The position numbers and the translations under genes are program-made. A stretch of 64,000 bases of DNA, taken from contig NW_003314299.1 in assembly GCF_000143415.4 (NCBI RefSeq), positions 1,490,559 through 1,554,558 of the forward strand, written 5' to 3'. This document shows positions 12,475-28,400 of this stretch, in pieces (position 1 is the stretch's first letter; each line of letters starts with the position of its first letter). The notes under the pieces were generated by a model that saw only the letters and a program-made list of their open reading frames with translations, searched no databases and was not told the DNA's origin. The DNA comes from Selaginella moellendorffii (Eukaryota; Plantae; Lycopodiophyta).

Positions 12475-13752
12475 CTGCTAAATAATATTAATATTAAATA
12501 TACCATAAACTGGAAAAAATATTTATGAGATGCAATTTAAATACATTGCAACTTTATCATTTAAAGAAAATGAAACAAATCTAATTTTTATATGTACTTA
12601 TCATTATTAGAATTATATGTTTTATATACTTTAAAATTGGAACATTATGTTTACAAAAGTATTGACAATTTATATACTGCATTCTAGAGACTATAAATAG
12701 TTTGTATCTATTTACAACATTACAAAAGATACTACTTTAAATTGTAAATTATTACTGTATAAGTGTTGATTACTTGGATCACTTTTTGTAAGTATTATAT
12801 TCTACAAAGATCTCATTTCAAATAATTTGTAAATTAATTATGTGTTTGTTTATATAAAAGACTTGATTTTCTGGTGGTTAGAGCCTTCTATGCTATTATT
12901 CATTAGTGAACAATGAGCACACTTCTTTCCTCCCTATATTAGACTTCAAGTAAAATAAAATAAAATAAATTCACATAGTTTTACCCACCATAAAAAATTT
13001 CACATAGAAGTAAATCATATTATATTATGATGTATATAATGACTGAAAACTGAGTTAATAGTAATAATAAATAAATTAATCTTGGAAATATATGTTTTCT
13101 TTTGAATAAAATACGAAAAAAAACTATGTAAGGCTAAAATTTACATGAAAATATACAAGATAAAGATAGAGATGGTAATAAAAATAATAATAATATTTTT
13201 TTATATTTATATTTTAGAAACAGTTACACAAATTTACTGTATATATAATGGAGGTGGTAATAAAAGTAGATCTATTATAGGAGAATCATTTAGCTACACA
13301 GTATAACAATCTTATGTTCAGATTTCGGTTTCATTTATTATTATTATAATTGAATTTTTTCTCATTTATTTTTATTAGAAATTATATATACAGACAAAGA
13401 ATAATAAATTTAATCCTTTATCAAGTACCTTAATAATTAAAATTCTTAGTGTCTTAACATGTTAACATTTTAGTGACTTCAAATGATATATTTAATAAAT
13501 GGAAGGTATACACAAAGCATAAATAAAGTTATAAATTGTACATTTAGACCACAATAATATGGATATTTTATTTTTTTATTTATTATAAAACATTTCTGAA
13601 ATTTACAGTAAGTATCACAACTGGTATTAAATTCTTATTTATTATTAAAAATAAATTTAATTTAGTTTTATAGCTTTTAATCAAAATAAATTAAATAAAA
13701 GTAAAAATAAAAACCCAGAAAAGGTTTTAAAAAGCTCTATAAAATTAGATTA

Positions 13753-13927
13753 TGTGAGGGCCAAATGCACGGCTACGATGCCGTATACTAATATTAGCGT
13801 AGTGGGATTTTGGTAGCTGTCGGATTGGTTTCAATTCGAACCATTCGCTCCTGTATATAAGCTAGGGTTTTTGGGCTAATTGATATGCACATTTCTGTAT
13901 TCCCTTTCCATATTTCATGCACTCACA
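13753..13927 (+). repeat. 5' LTR of gypsy copy 2 (175 bp)
   Basis: TGTGAG...CTCACA termini with an internal TATATAA and a TAGGGTTT telo-box. Confidence 0.85.
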
Positions 13928-16900
13928 TTGATGGAAGTGAGGGGCACCTTTGATTGTCCTTAGGGAGTGCTTGGATTTGGGATTTTAGTTTAGATCTAGC
14001 TTTTGTATCGTCTAGATTTAGCTTTTTCCATTTCCTCTATTTTATTCTTTCCTTTCAGGATTTTGGTTTAGATTTAGCTTTTTGCATTATCTAGATCTAC
14101 CATTTCTTTCCAACTTTTTGTCATTTCTCTTCTTTTGCTCTTTCTTTTTCGTTCATCTTTATGGCCGATCAACAATCTCCTCCTTTGACTCTAGAGCAGC
14201 AGTTGGTTTAATTGCTTGATGCTATGCACTTGCAATTGAACAACCAAACTCAATTGATGGCGGCATTCACGGCACGTGGTCCAACTCCTCCTGCTCTTGG
14301 TGCCAATCGTCGCGTTCGGCCAGAGTTCTTTCGTGGGAATCCTAGGGATGATGTGTACCATTGGTTCAATCACTTCACGGTGATTGCCACATATCATTCT
14401 TGGGATGATGTTCGACGTTTGCGTGAGTTTCCCATGTGTCTCCAAGGGACGGCGTTGCAATGGTACAATGGATTAAGTGCGACCACTCGTGGGGATTGGA
14501 TTGTTCTTCCGAACGTTTTCAAACGCGCCTTTGGACATGCCGACGATTGTGACGATGCCTTCCAACAATTGCATCGTTTTCGCCAAGTGCCATCTGAGTC
14601 GGTGATGGAATTTGGCGTTTGTTTTCGAAGTCTTTTGCTTCGTGCGGAGCCCAATATGTCGGAGTGGATCAAGCTAGGAATGTTGTGGCCAACACTTCGT
14701 CAAGATCTTGTCGGCCTTGTGCATGCACTTGCTCCTGCCACCCTTGACGATGCTCTTCGCTTGGCACAACGTTATGAGACGTCGCCTCTTCCACTTCTCG
14801 CTGCATGTCCTTCAGCTCCACTTCCTATGAGTGATGGTCCTGTTTGAATGGAGGTTGATGTTGCTGCTACTTGAGTCCACGGACAAGGGCGAGGATGTGG
14901 TCGTGGCCGTGATGTTTATTGCTGGGCATGTGATGAAGTTGGTCATACTTATCAGCGTTGTCGACGCTTTCCGGATTGGCGACCTCCATTTCTTGGATGG
15001 AGACCTTGGTGTCAGCAATGTCCTGTTGGTGTTGCTACGGTGGAAGGTTTGGACACCGAGGTGCATCTGGGAAACGAGGAGTTGCGCGAGTAACGGAGGG
15101 ACCTTGCGCGAATAAATTAGTGACCCCTCTATCTTTCTTTCAAGAGTATCATCAAGGGGTTCACTCGGCACCGATTCATCCAGTGTTTACTTTCCAAGCT
15201 CGTTTTTATAACAAGAGGTCTCCTATTCTTCTCTCCGTGTTGGTTGATACAAGTTCAAGTTTATCTTCTATTGCTCAACCTGTTGCCACATGTTGTTGTC
15301 TACACTTGCGTCGTGCGGCAGATCCAGTTTTCATTCTTTATGGCAACGGCCATACATATGCGTGTGCATGAGATGAGGCGGACCTGGTTGTGCGTGTGGG
15401 CGATTTCGAGCTTGAGTTGCAGTCGTTGCAGGTGGTGCCGAGTCAAGCTTTTGACCTCATTCTTGGTATGGATTGGTTGTAGCGCAATTATGCCAAGTGT
15501 GACTTTGAAATTTCTCCCCCTTGTCTAATACTTCCTTATATTTCATCCATTCCTCTCACTTCCGTACCTCTTCGTCCCTCTACTTCTACCTCTGCTTTTA
15601 TTACTTTTGTTTCCCCACTATTTCCTCTTATGTTCCCATCTTGTTCTGCTCTTCCCTTTTTCGATCCCTCTGAAGATCTTTGTGTTGCAGCGGTTGACCA
15701 GCTCATGAAGGAGTATTCTGATCTCTTTGAATTTGATCTATCATTTGGGGCCAAGATTGCCACATGTCATCCGATTCCAACCGGGGATGCTCATCCAATC
15801 AAGGTTCTTGTTCGTCATCGGTCACCCAAGGAGATCAAGATTTTACGTGCAAATGTCAAGGAGATGTTGGAGAAGGGTGTTATTCAGAAGTTATGAAGTC
15901 CTTGGGCATGTGAACTTCATCTTATGATGAAGCCTAATGGGAGTATTTGTTTCTGCATCGACTATCGTTTGTTAAATGAAGTGACGATCCCAGATATGTA
16001 CCCTCTTCCTCACACGGCTGATCTCTTGGATCGTCTAGGGCGAAGTCGTTGGTTCACCAAGCTCAATCTTGCTTCTGGGTATTGGCAAGTATCGATGGCT
16101 GAAGAAGATATTCCTAAGACTGCTTTTCGTACACTATTTGGTTTGTACGAGTTCTTGGTGATGCCATTTGGTTTGAACAATGCTCCAGCAACTTTTTAGC
16201 GGATGATGGATGAGGTTCTTTATGATATGCCAAAGGTGATTGCTGACTTCATTGATGATGTTTTGATTCACTCGGAGGGGACGTGGGAGGAGCACATTCG
16301 TGATGTGTGTAAAGTGTTGGATCAACTACGGGACGTTGGTTTAAAGCTGAAGCGGTCGAAGTGCGTGTTTGAGTCTAAGGATACAACTTATCTTGGGTAC
16401 CGTATTTCTCGTGAAGGTTTGCAAGTTGATCTTGACAAACTTATAATCGTTCTAAAGTTCCCTACTCCGAAGTGTGTGAATGATGTGTAGCGCTTCTTGG
16501 GCAAGGTGCAGTATCTTGGTCGTTTTGTGGATCATCTTTCTGATCGCACTGCACCGTTGCGAGCGTTGCTAAAGTCATCAACGTCATCTTTCATCTGGTT
16601 TTCAGATTATGAGTAGGCGTTTGTGAATCTCAAAGAGCTGTTAACGACTCCTCCGGTTTTGGCATATCCTGACTACACTCGACCTTTTATTTTGCGCGTA
16701 GATGCTTCTGATATTGGTCTTGGAGGTGTGTTGATGCAAGAAAGCCCGAGTGTGCCTGGTCAACGTCATCCCATTGCATATATAAGCCGTACGTTACAAC
16801 TAGCAGAAGTGAACTACTCCACGACAGAGAAGGAGTGTTTAGCGGCAGTTTGGGGTTTCAAGAAACTTCATGCATATCTACATGGTTCTCGAACGTTACT

Positions 16901-18578
16901 TGAAGGTGACCATGCTACCGTTACTTCATTATTGAAGCGGAAGAACCTGGTTGGTCGTATTGCTCGGTGGGCTTTGAAGCTTTAGATATATAATTTTAAT
17001 GTTGTTCATCGCCCAGGGAGTTCTATGGCTGATGCTAATGCCCTTTCTCGAGCTCCTCTTCCTTCTCCGCTCTCTTCTCATGTTTCTGATGAGTTTGTTG
17101 TTCCAGCATCTGTGGATTTTCTAGACGAGGATTATGTGTCGTCGGCGGTTGCTGTACTTGACGTTCAGTGTCCACAAGGCGCAGAGCAAGATCTACCTTC
17201 TCTTGATGAGGTTCGTGAGGCTCAAAATATTGAGCCGTGGATTCGAAGGCTTCGAAATGCATTTGAGAATCCTGCATCACTTGCTGATGACTTGCCTTTT
17301 CGGCATTTACATTCTCAATATCGTCTTGAAAATGGCCTTTTTTATTTTGTGGGGACGGATTCTGATGATCCTTTACAGCTGGTGGTGCCTTCTATCTTTA
17401 TTCCGCGGTTTCTCCATGCCTACCATGATTCTCCTGTTCTAGGTGGGTATATAGGACATTGTCGTGTGACCGAAAAGCTGCATAGGTCTTTCTATTGGCC
17501 AAAGATGTGACGTGATGTTATTCGGTATGTGCGTAGCTACATTTGGTGCCAAGCTCATAATACTCCCCCTTGTGCTGTGGAAAGACGGTTGAAGTCAATT
17601 GCAGTTTCCCGTCCGTTTGAGTTGGTGGCATTTGATCTTATGGGACCTTTTCCACGGTCGATTGCTAGTAATAAGTATGTTATTATTGCTTCTGACTACT
17701 TGACTCATTGGGTGGAAGTTGGTGCTCTTTGCTAGCGCCTTTGCAATTGCTGTTAGATACTTCCTCCTCAATCAAATGGTGTTCCAGCATTCTTGTCCAG
17801 AGCAGATTCTTTCGGATAATGATCCTGCATTTATGGCAGAGGTATTTCATATTTTGACGTCTCGGTTGGGGATACGCCACACTTTTACGAGTGCTTATCA
17901 TCCACAATCAGACGGTCTAGTGGAACAGCTCGTTCGGACATTCAAAGGGATGATTGCAAAGTATGTGAACTTTCAACATTCGGATTGGGATGGTTATTTG
18001 CCGTCTCTTCGGTATGCCTATGTCACAGGGGTGCAAAGTTCTGTTGGTGCTTCACCATATAAACTTCTATATGGTCATGATCCAATATTACCAACAGAGC
18101 TGGGTTTACCTTCGCAATTGCCACGAGCTCCTGATGCTAGGTCATGGGATCAATATTTAACAAGCATTCTTCCACTTGTTCGAGCAGAGTCTACCAAACA
18201 CTTAGGCCACGTACAAGTGGGACAACAATGGCACTACAACTCCCATCATCGTCCACCTGCAAAGTACAAAGTGGATGATTATGTGTTAGTCCGTTTTCCC
18301 CATCTTACGGTACGTGGTTTATCTAAGGGGCTCCTTGCGCAGTGGAAAGGACCATATCGGGTGCTGTGGCAAGTTGGACCACAAGTTTATGAGGTTCGGC
18401 ATGACATCCAGCAAGCCGATCCTTCGGAGATTGTGCATGTGTAGCGGTTGAAACACTTCATACAAAGGGATCAGGAACAGTTAATACCATCTACAGATCC
18501 ACTAATGCCTCCTCCTAACGTTCCTCCAAATCCCGGCCCATCTACAAGAGAACCCTGACGGCCTTCCATTATTCCGAG
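13753..18578 (+). mobile_element. Degenerate Ty3/gypsy LTR retrotransposon (copy 2); 3' end runs into an assembly gap
   Basis: 5' LTR at 13753-13927 and gag from ATG 14161, with a CCHC knuckle (CWACDEVGHTYQRC). Then protease (VLVDTSSS), RT (FCIDYRLLN, FIDDVLI), RNase H (VDASDIGLGGVL, EKECLA) and integrase (YHPQSDGLVEQ, WKGPYRV). The PR-RT-RH-INT order is gypsy. In-frame stops are present. Confidence 0.93.
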
Positions 18579-18678
18579 NNNNNNNNNNNNNNNNNNNNNN
18601 NNNNNNNNNNNNNNNNNNNNNNNNNNNNNNNNNNNNNNNNNNNNNNNNNNNNNNNNNNNNNNNNNNNNNNNNNNNNNN

Positions 18679-18735
18679 TATATATACATATATATATATA
18701 TATCTCTACATATATCTCGCGCTCTCACTTATGGA

Positions 18736-18823
<88 letters not shown>
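18679..18823. repeat. (TA)n microsatellite next to an assembly gap
   Basis: Long TA runs directly after the N-run at 18579-18678. Confidence 0.95.
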
Positions 18824-18826
<3 letters not shown>

Positions 18827-20315
18827 TGTATTGTACTATTTTTATCATAGCCAAAGAAGGAACAATAACATATATCACTACCAAATAATAAGCTCCCCTC
18901 CTATTATCTAAAAATAATATTCTTTCTAATCTCTATTTTAATCTTTCAATAGTACTCACACTGAAATATAAAAGCTTAATGAAGTTTTGGGATTTTTATA
19001 ATTAGCATCTATATATTTTAAATAAATAACTCTCTAAGTAAAATCAAAAGCGAACACTGTTGAGAAAAATCTTTACAGATAAATACATTATACTGGTTTA
19101 CATAGATTTTAAGACGTTTTATAAAGAACATTTGTTATAGTTTAGCAATAGTAGTTATGTCATACCAACAGAGGAATATAAGAGAATTGTCAGATACATA
19201 CAATGTTATGGGGATTTAAATTCAAGACTTACTTGGCCTTATGTCTAAATTGTAAATAGTATATGAATGAATGAATGAAATTGAAAATGTGATATTTATG
19301 TTAAAGTTTCATTCATGCATGAAATTGCTAAGGTTTGTATATCACTATGAAGAAGATGATGACATAAGCATCACCTCAGTCATAAATACAAGACTTCAGA
19401 CAAGAATGTTAAAACACCACATCATAACTTCCACCTCACAAGGTGCACAAAGTGACGTAATAATAATTTAGTTGTTGACAAGAATCTTGCCTAGAAATAT
19501 AGTATTTTGGGGTGGCAAAGAATGCATTCATCAAGGACTTCTAATAAGGATTGGACAATTTTAAGAATAATACTAGAGATTTATAAATATTTCTGTAGGA
19601 ACTGATCATGTGTACTAAAGTACATACCCAAGAGGTAAAAGGCCCAAAAAACATGTTGAAAATTATTATGCATCACAAGTAGGTTATTCATTCATTAACT
19701 ATTTACAAAGTCTTCTGGCACCCACCAAAAAACATGAGACTGGCTGATTATAGTAAGTTGTTTTGATGATCTTGTCAGTTATTTGTCTGAACTCCTCCAA
19801 ATCTTATTCTGTCCCCACCCTAGGCTTCACCAATCTCACATCCTGCTGCATCTTGGATTGGAATCTCAATGCAATCCCCACTTAGTCTTGTCAGCATTTG
19901 TGGTGAGAAGTGTTGTCACACTTGTTTTGTTTCCAGCTCAGCTGTGGTGTATTTGTGAGCATGGCATCTATGACATTATGATCCTAGGATACTACCATTG
20001 TAGAAGCACAAAATCAAGGTGGAGGGAAGATGCATTTTTGCATTGCAATAAAGAGGGGAAAGAAGATGTCTACCAAGTTGAAAAGGGGTCAAGCTCCCAT
20101 GGGAGTTGCTGCCCTCTAGAGTGGACAATCTTAAGGCTCCCATGACACAAATATTTCATGAGCATAGGACGTTTTCATGAGCATAGGACGTTCTTGATAA
20201 ATTAAAATAATTCTTGTATCAAATAGTCAATCTTAGCTGTAAGCTTTTTTACAAGGCAAAGACTTTTACTCAAGAATAAAAGGCAATCATTTGTTCTCTG
20301 GAATAATATCTCAAA

Positions 20316-21757
20316 ATGATATTTGTCTTCAGTTTTTATTTTGCAATTGCTCAAGCAACTGAAGTTTATAAGGTAGATTTATAAGTAAAATCTAGCTTTA
20401 GAAACTCATACTTAATATCACAGCTATCCAATGGAGAAGTTATTAAATGCATAAATTTTGAAGAGCAAATATCTCTCAATGGGAAAATCAAAGAAATCCA
20501 AGTAAGTATGAATAATCGAATGAGTACTATATATTTAATGTCTCAAACAGTTATCTCCACCAATTACTTTTCCCAGTGAGTCACCACCAAAACCATTTCC
20601 TCAGCATTTTTCTACAGAGATTGGCTCATGTCCACAAGGAAAAATACCAGTAATTCAAAACAATCTGACAAAAAATTTCAGATCAAAGTACCCTAAGCTC
20701 TCAAACATTAGTCTAGAAAATGCTTCAGTTCACGAGGTTTGCAATTGCAAAAGCAATCAATATGATCATTTATATTTATAATTTACAACAGCATGCTGGC
20801 TACAGCCACATTCTCCCCAATCCTGTTTTTGGGATGACAACCACAACTAGCCTTTGGCAACCAGATACCGAATCCAACAACTTTAGCTTGTCCCAATTCT
20901 GGGTGGTGCATTTAGCTGGACAAACAAAAACTACACTCGAAGCTGGATGGCAGGTGTTGTATTTTATTCCGTTTTATTCTGTTACTAATCCAGTGTTTAT
21001 ACAGGTGTTTCCATCGATGTATGGGAATAACGAGCCTCATCTGTTCGTTTACTGGACAGTAAATGAATCTTCTCTCGATTTACAGTCCCAGTAACATACT
21101 AAATCTTTTTCAACAGGCAGATGATTACCAGCACACTGGATGCTACAATCTGGAGTGCCCCGGTTTTGTACAAGTGAGCAACAAGATTGTCCCAGGGGCT
21201 ACTCTAAGGCCAGCTTCTCAACACGGAGGACCTCAGACAGTACTTAGCTTCCTCGTTTACCAGGTGAGAGCGAAAAATTCTCGAAAAATGCTTTGATGCG
21301 AAGCGCAGGACCCCGAGACGAAGAACTGGTGGCTTCGAGTGGAGGACGAGTACGTTGGCTACTGGCCGGGCTCGTTGGTCCCAAATCTCGCCAATGGTGC
21401 CACACATGTAGACTTTGGCGGAGAAGTTTTCTACTACAAAGTTGAGACTTTGACTTGCTTTGCCATGCGATCTTAACTCTTTAATCTTTACGGCAGGGTA
21501 GCGAGCACACGACAACGCAGATGGGGAGTGGCGAGTTCCCAGAGGCCGGTTTTAAAAACGCAGCCTATCACCGAGATATGTACCATGTTCTCCTCGGTAA
21601 CGATCACGCTTTGCACTACACGCTGTTGGCTCTCAACGACAGGTTCTCTCGAGTACCCTCCTGTTATAGAGTGGGACCAGCGCTGAATACCAACGGTGAT
21701 ACGTGGAAAAATTATTTCTTTTTTGGAGGTCCGGGCCGCAACCCAGCGTGCCCTTGA
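20316..21757 (+). CDS. Neprosin-family (DUF239) glutamic peptidase 1, secreted, multi-exon
   Basis: Signal peptide MIFVFSFYFAIAQA and pro-domain NGEVIKCI..CPQGKIP. Catalytic-domain motifs FSLSQFWV, LEAGWQV, GCYNLECPGFVQ, VGYWP, DFGGEV, QMGSGEFP and FFFGGPG, with both catalytic Glu motifs present. Confidence 0.88.
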
Positions 21758-22044
21758 GGTAGGCACCACAAGAAAACGAAATTTCCATTGTTTTGGTCCC
21801 TGCGAAATGAAATAAGTTTTTACATAAACTCCAGAAAGGCCTGAAACCTGGAAAAGTCGTTTTTCTAACGCGCCGCTCCTTGCGATCCTATCAAACCAAA
21901 ACGAGCCTTGAGTTTAAAAACCAAGCAGAGCGAAGCGAGCGTTGTGCGAGCTATGGCCGTGAAGAGAGAAAAGAATGCCTTGCACTGAGAAACTTACCGC
22001 AAGCAAAGAAGTACGTAGAGCAAGAAGTGTATACAACCGGCCTC

Positions 22045-22410
22045 TCTTGGGCTCGTTGGTTCTAAGTCTCGCAGATGGAGGCACCTTTGTTGGTGGAGAA
22101 GCTTACTACAACAGAGTTGAGACTTCTAAAGACTTGCCTTTGAGACGATATCTTGCGCTGGAAAAATGTGGACTACGCTGAGCAGGCTGGCGAGCACACA
22201 ACGACGAAGATGGGAAGTGGCGAATTCCCAGAGGCCGGTTTTTGACGCGCAGTTTATCACCCAGAAGTGGACCTTGTTCGCCTTGGTAGCGACCACGGTT
22301 TGCGATACACGCCATTGGTTCTCGAGCACAGGTTATCTCAAGTGCCGAGCTGTATAGCAACGGTGAGAAGTGGAAAACTTACTTCTTTTTCGGACGTCCC
22401 GGCTTGAGAT
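22045..22410 (+). pseudogene. Partial degenerate tandem copy of the neprosin 3' exons
   Basis: FVGGEAYY, HTTTKMGS and KWKTYFFFGRPG, with stops and frameshifts. The 3' flank 21760-22020 is also repeated at 22410-22690. Confidence 0.8.
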
Positions 22411-22702
22411 AGCCACCGCACGAAAACGAAACCACTGTTTTGATGCGTGAAAGGAAATAAGTTCTTACAAAGCTACCAGCACTAAAAGCCTATCTTTTAC
22501 CAGAAACTGGAGCTTTTCTAAGGCCGAGGTGCTCAACGTGTCCTTAGAATTCTCACAAACGGAAAGTGCCTTGAGTAGAGCGTTTTCAGCGAGCGTCGTG
22601 CGAGCTATGGCTGTGGAGAGACAGTAAAGAAATCAGTACCTTGCACTGAGAAACTTACCGCCAAGCAAAGAACAAATAGAAGTACGTAGTGCTACAGGTG
22701 TT

Positions 22703-25098
<2,396 letters not shown>

Positions 25099-25423
25099 TT
25101 AGCATTCCCCGGTATCTATCCCCGTTCCCGAATTTAGTGTTCTTTAGTTACTTGGCGACTAGAGCGCCAAGTAACTTATTGAAAGACACCTGGTTTTCTT
25201 CAATGTTGCTACACTGTTTTGGCGATGTCCTGTACAGAAGAGGAATGAGACTTTGGAGGGCGTTCTTAACAAACAAGCTTACTAGTTTGATCCTCTCCCC
25301 ATACAAACCGCTGCTTGCATCGTTGAGGCAAAACATTGTCATTCTGGGTTTTAAAGCTGCAAGGAACTAGTAAGTAAGCAAAAAAGGAAAGCAACTGCAG
25401 GCAAGGCAGCCTTTGCTCACCTT

Positions 25424-28400
25424 TCACATCGCTGTTCCATCATAAAGTGATGAAAGCCGGGGATCGCTCCTCAGCTTCCTATCCAGCTCCGTGTACCTAC
25501 ACGAAAAGAGAAGGAAAAAATAAGTTGGCATTGTCAATCGTACAACCGTGAGAACTTACTTCCTCAAAGCTGACTGTTCGTGCTCTTTTGCTCGTTTTTC
25601 CAAAATGCGGATGCGGAAAACAGCAGTCTCACAGTCCTGCTCATACTTTTCAACTTCATCCACGGTCATTTGTTCTCTATCCCGTTCAAAGTTTGCTCGC
25701 CGCTTTGCTAATGCAGCAGTTTCTTCGTCATAGCGTGTCTGAAACAACAAAATTCCAGATTACTGACATGTTCTTATTTTCATTTACCTGAATGATCGTG
25801 GCTCGATTCAACAGACGCTGCTTTAGTGCCTTGAGGCAATTTTCTCGAACTTCAAGCATTTGAACCCGCGTCAGCTTTTGCCTTGGTCTTGTACCCGGTG
25901 GCAAAAACGGTGACAAATAATCAGTTGGTGCCTGCAGCCAAATGCAAAAGTCATTGCTGATCGAAGCTCCAGAAAATTTAATACCTTCTTTTCTGCTTCT
26001 CGGTCCTGCAACGAGTCGTCCTGCTTGAAACAAGCAACGTCTGTATATGGCAGCTCCAGAATTACGTTTTGCTCTTCCTTGAGGCGATGCTGAAGAATAT
26101 CACGAGTTTCATTCTCCCCATCACGGACTGCCTTTATCATTTCCCGTTCAGTTATCAGAAGTTCATGAAACTCATCCATTCTCTCAAACAATTCCAGTTC
26201 CTTTTCGAAAGGGTCAACCTGTTTTTGGGACAAAAATTTATCCACAGCAATTTTCGTGAACCAAGTACCTGAAGTAGAGTCATTGTGCCATCTTTCGTAT
26301 AGACGCGCGAAATGGAAGTGATACGACGACCTATATGATGGTAGTCAATGCGGATCTGATCTTGGCTTAAGCGGAAAACCTTTTTTGCAACATTCTTCGG
26401 GTGTTGCTTGGAGAACCTGAGCAAACAAAAATTAAGCCCGTGCCTTCAGCAAGTGAAAAGGGAAGCACTTTAGTGTAAGTTTGGTGATCGGTAGAAAGTT
26501 GTCAGCAACAGTTTTCCTTCTGGCAGCCAGCGAAATTGTGTACGTTCGTTCTGAAACAGGATCTCGCTTATCTCTCACAGGGGTTCGTGACCTTCTGCTA
26601 CTAACGCTGCAAGTTACAGTCATTTGCATTATTAGACAAGAGCTGGATCCAAAAGTTGGCATACCTCCTGAACCGAGACATAGTGCGTGATAATGACTTT
26701 CCCCTTGCACTGTCAGAAGATATTCGAGCTCGGCTTGTTCTGCTCGCCGAGTCGCCACGAAGGCTACTCCCACGAGACGAACTTTTGGTCTTAGGCTCGG
26801 CAGTTGCTGCTGTTGATGCTGAATCTGGTTCACTTCGAAAAATAGGACTGCCTTGAGGCAAAGTTACTGGAGCCGGCACACCATAACATGCACATCGGTA
26901 CACCATTGAGCTTTCCGAGTTATCAAACGTTTCAACAAGCTTCTTGCCTAGCAGCTGCACTAGAAGACCCTCTTAAGGAAATTAATAAACGTTAGGGAGA
27001 GACTCGGTTGCTCACCTCTTCGCGGCAAACCAATCCATCAGTTCGAGCGCCAGAATGGAACATAAATTTTCTGCTCACCCCCTCTACTATCTCAATTTCC
27101 TTCAGTCCAAACGATGTCCCCTGATTAAAAAATTCATGCACCTACAGAAACGGAAAATGTTATCAATAAACTGGTAAGGCAAGAAAACCAAACCTTGTTC
27201 TCCTGCAGGAGAAAAATTCTCCTTTTAAGGCCATCTTTGCGTCTCTGAAAGTAATCGTGACATTCCAAAAGGATTCTCCTGTCGTTGTCAGCGTAGAAGT
27301 GCAGGCGTTCGATCAATCCATCCCAGCGAACATAATCTCCATAAAATGCATACATCTCATGAGTACACTTGTCGTAGTGTGTCTTCTTCATTCCTTTCGG
27401 ACACCTGCAGGATACTAGAGAATGTTAGAACACGTTTCCTTGAAAAAAATCGTACCATGTACCTTGTGACAAAAGCCTCCATGGAAATCTCAAGCTTAGG
27501 TACCCATGAAGGTGGCAAAAGCCAGTGATGTATATCAGTCTCGCCAATCTTTTCTCCCTCGTCGACCACAGTCTTCTTATCAGAGCTGCTTTTGGCTATC
27601 GTTGCCTTCGTGGCACCAGAAGTTGCTGAAATCGTTCCAGCAGCAGCCTCTGGAGATGAAGCGCGAGTTGGATCTGGCCTTGAGCCAGCAGGTGTAGAAG
27701 AAGGAGTCGGCTTGGACGACGTATCTTCTTCCTTCTTGCCATCAACAATGGTCAAGTTGTCTCGGAAACGGCCTTCAGTGTCAAGGCCATCAAAGATTCT
27801 TTCCCACTTCACGGTATCCTTCAAATTCCAGGAAAGATCATTGATCCCTGCCCGAGTTGGATTCGGCTGCATGTTGATCCAGACGTTGCTCTGGTTCCAG
27901 ACGTACTCAACAGCATAATACGGAGAGTCCGTCAGAGGATACTTCCGACCAGTACTAGGTTCGACGAAGAAACTTTCGGTCAGACCTCGTTTTCCACTCA
28001 CAATCATCACCCAGCAATGTACTCGTTTCCTGTCCAGCTTGTCAACCTCTGGTTCAACCGGCGGCTCTGGAGTACTCACGGCCTCAACCACCATGGAATC
28101 CTGTATTTGCTTTTGTACGCCACCACACTCGGTTGCCTCTGGTGTTTCTTCTGCTCCCTCCAGCTTCGGATCGTCCGGTTTCATTTCTGGCTCTGGCTCC
28201 ACCTCATCTGACTTTCCTTCCTGTTTTGCATCGGACTTTGCTTCTTGTGTCGTGCTTGTAGTGCCTGCTTCAGCTGCTGTTTTATATGGATCAGGAGATG
28301 ATGAAGTTGACAGAGCTTCTGCAGGCTCGGGAGGGTCCGGCGGCTCAACCTCTTCCAAGTCCGGGACGTTGCATCTTTCAACGCAGTACCTAAGAAGTGT

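Noticed and set aside
19783-20145. 120-aa ORF in a less AT-rich patch
   Set aside because: No recognisable protein. It may be a decayed repeat, but I cannot support a call.
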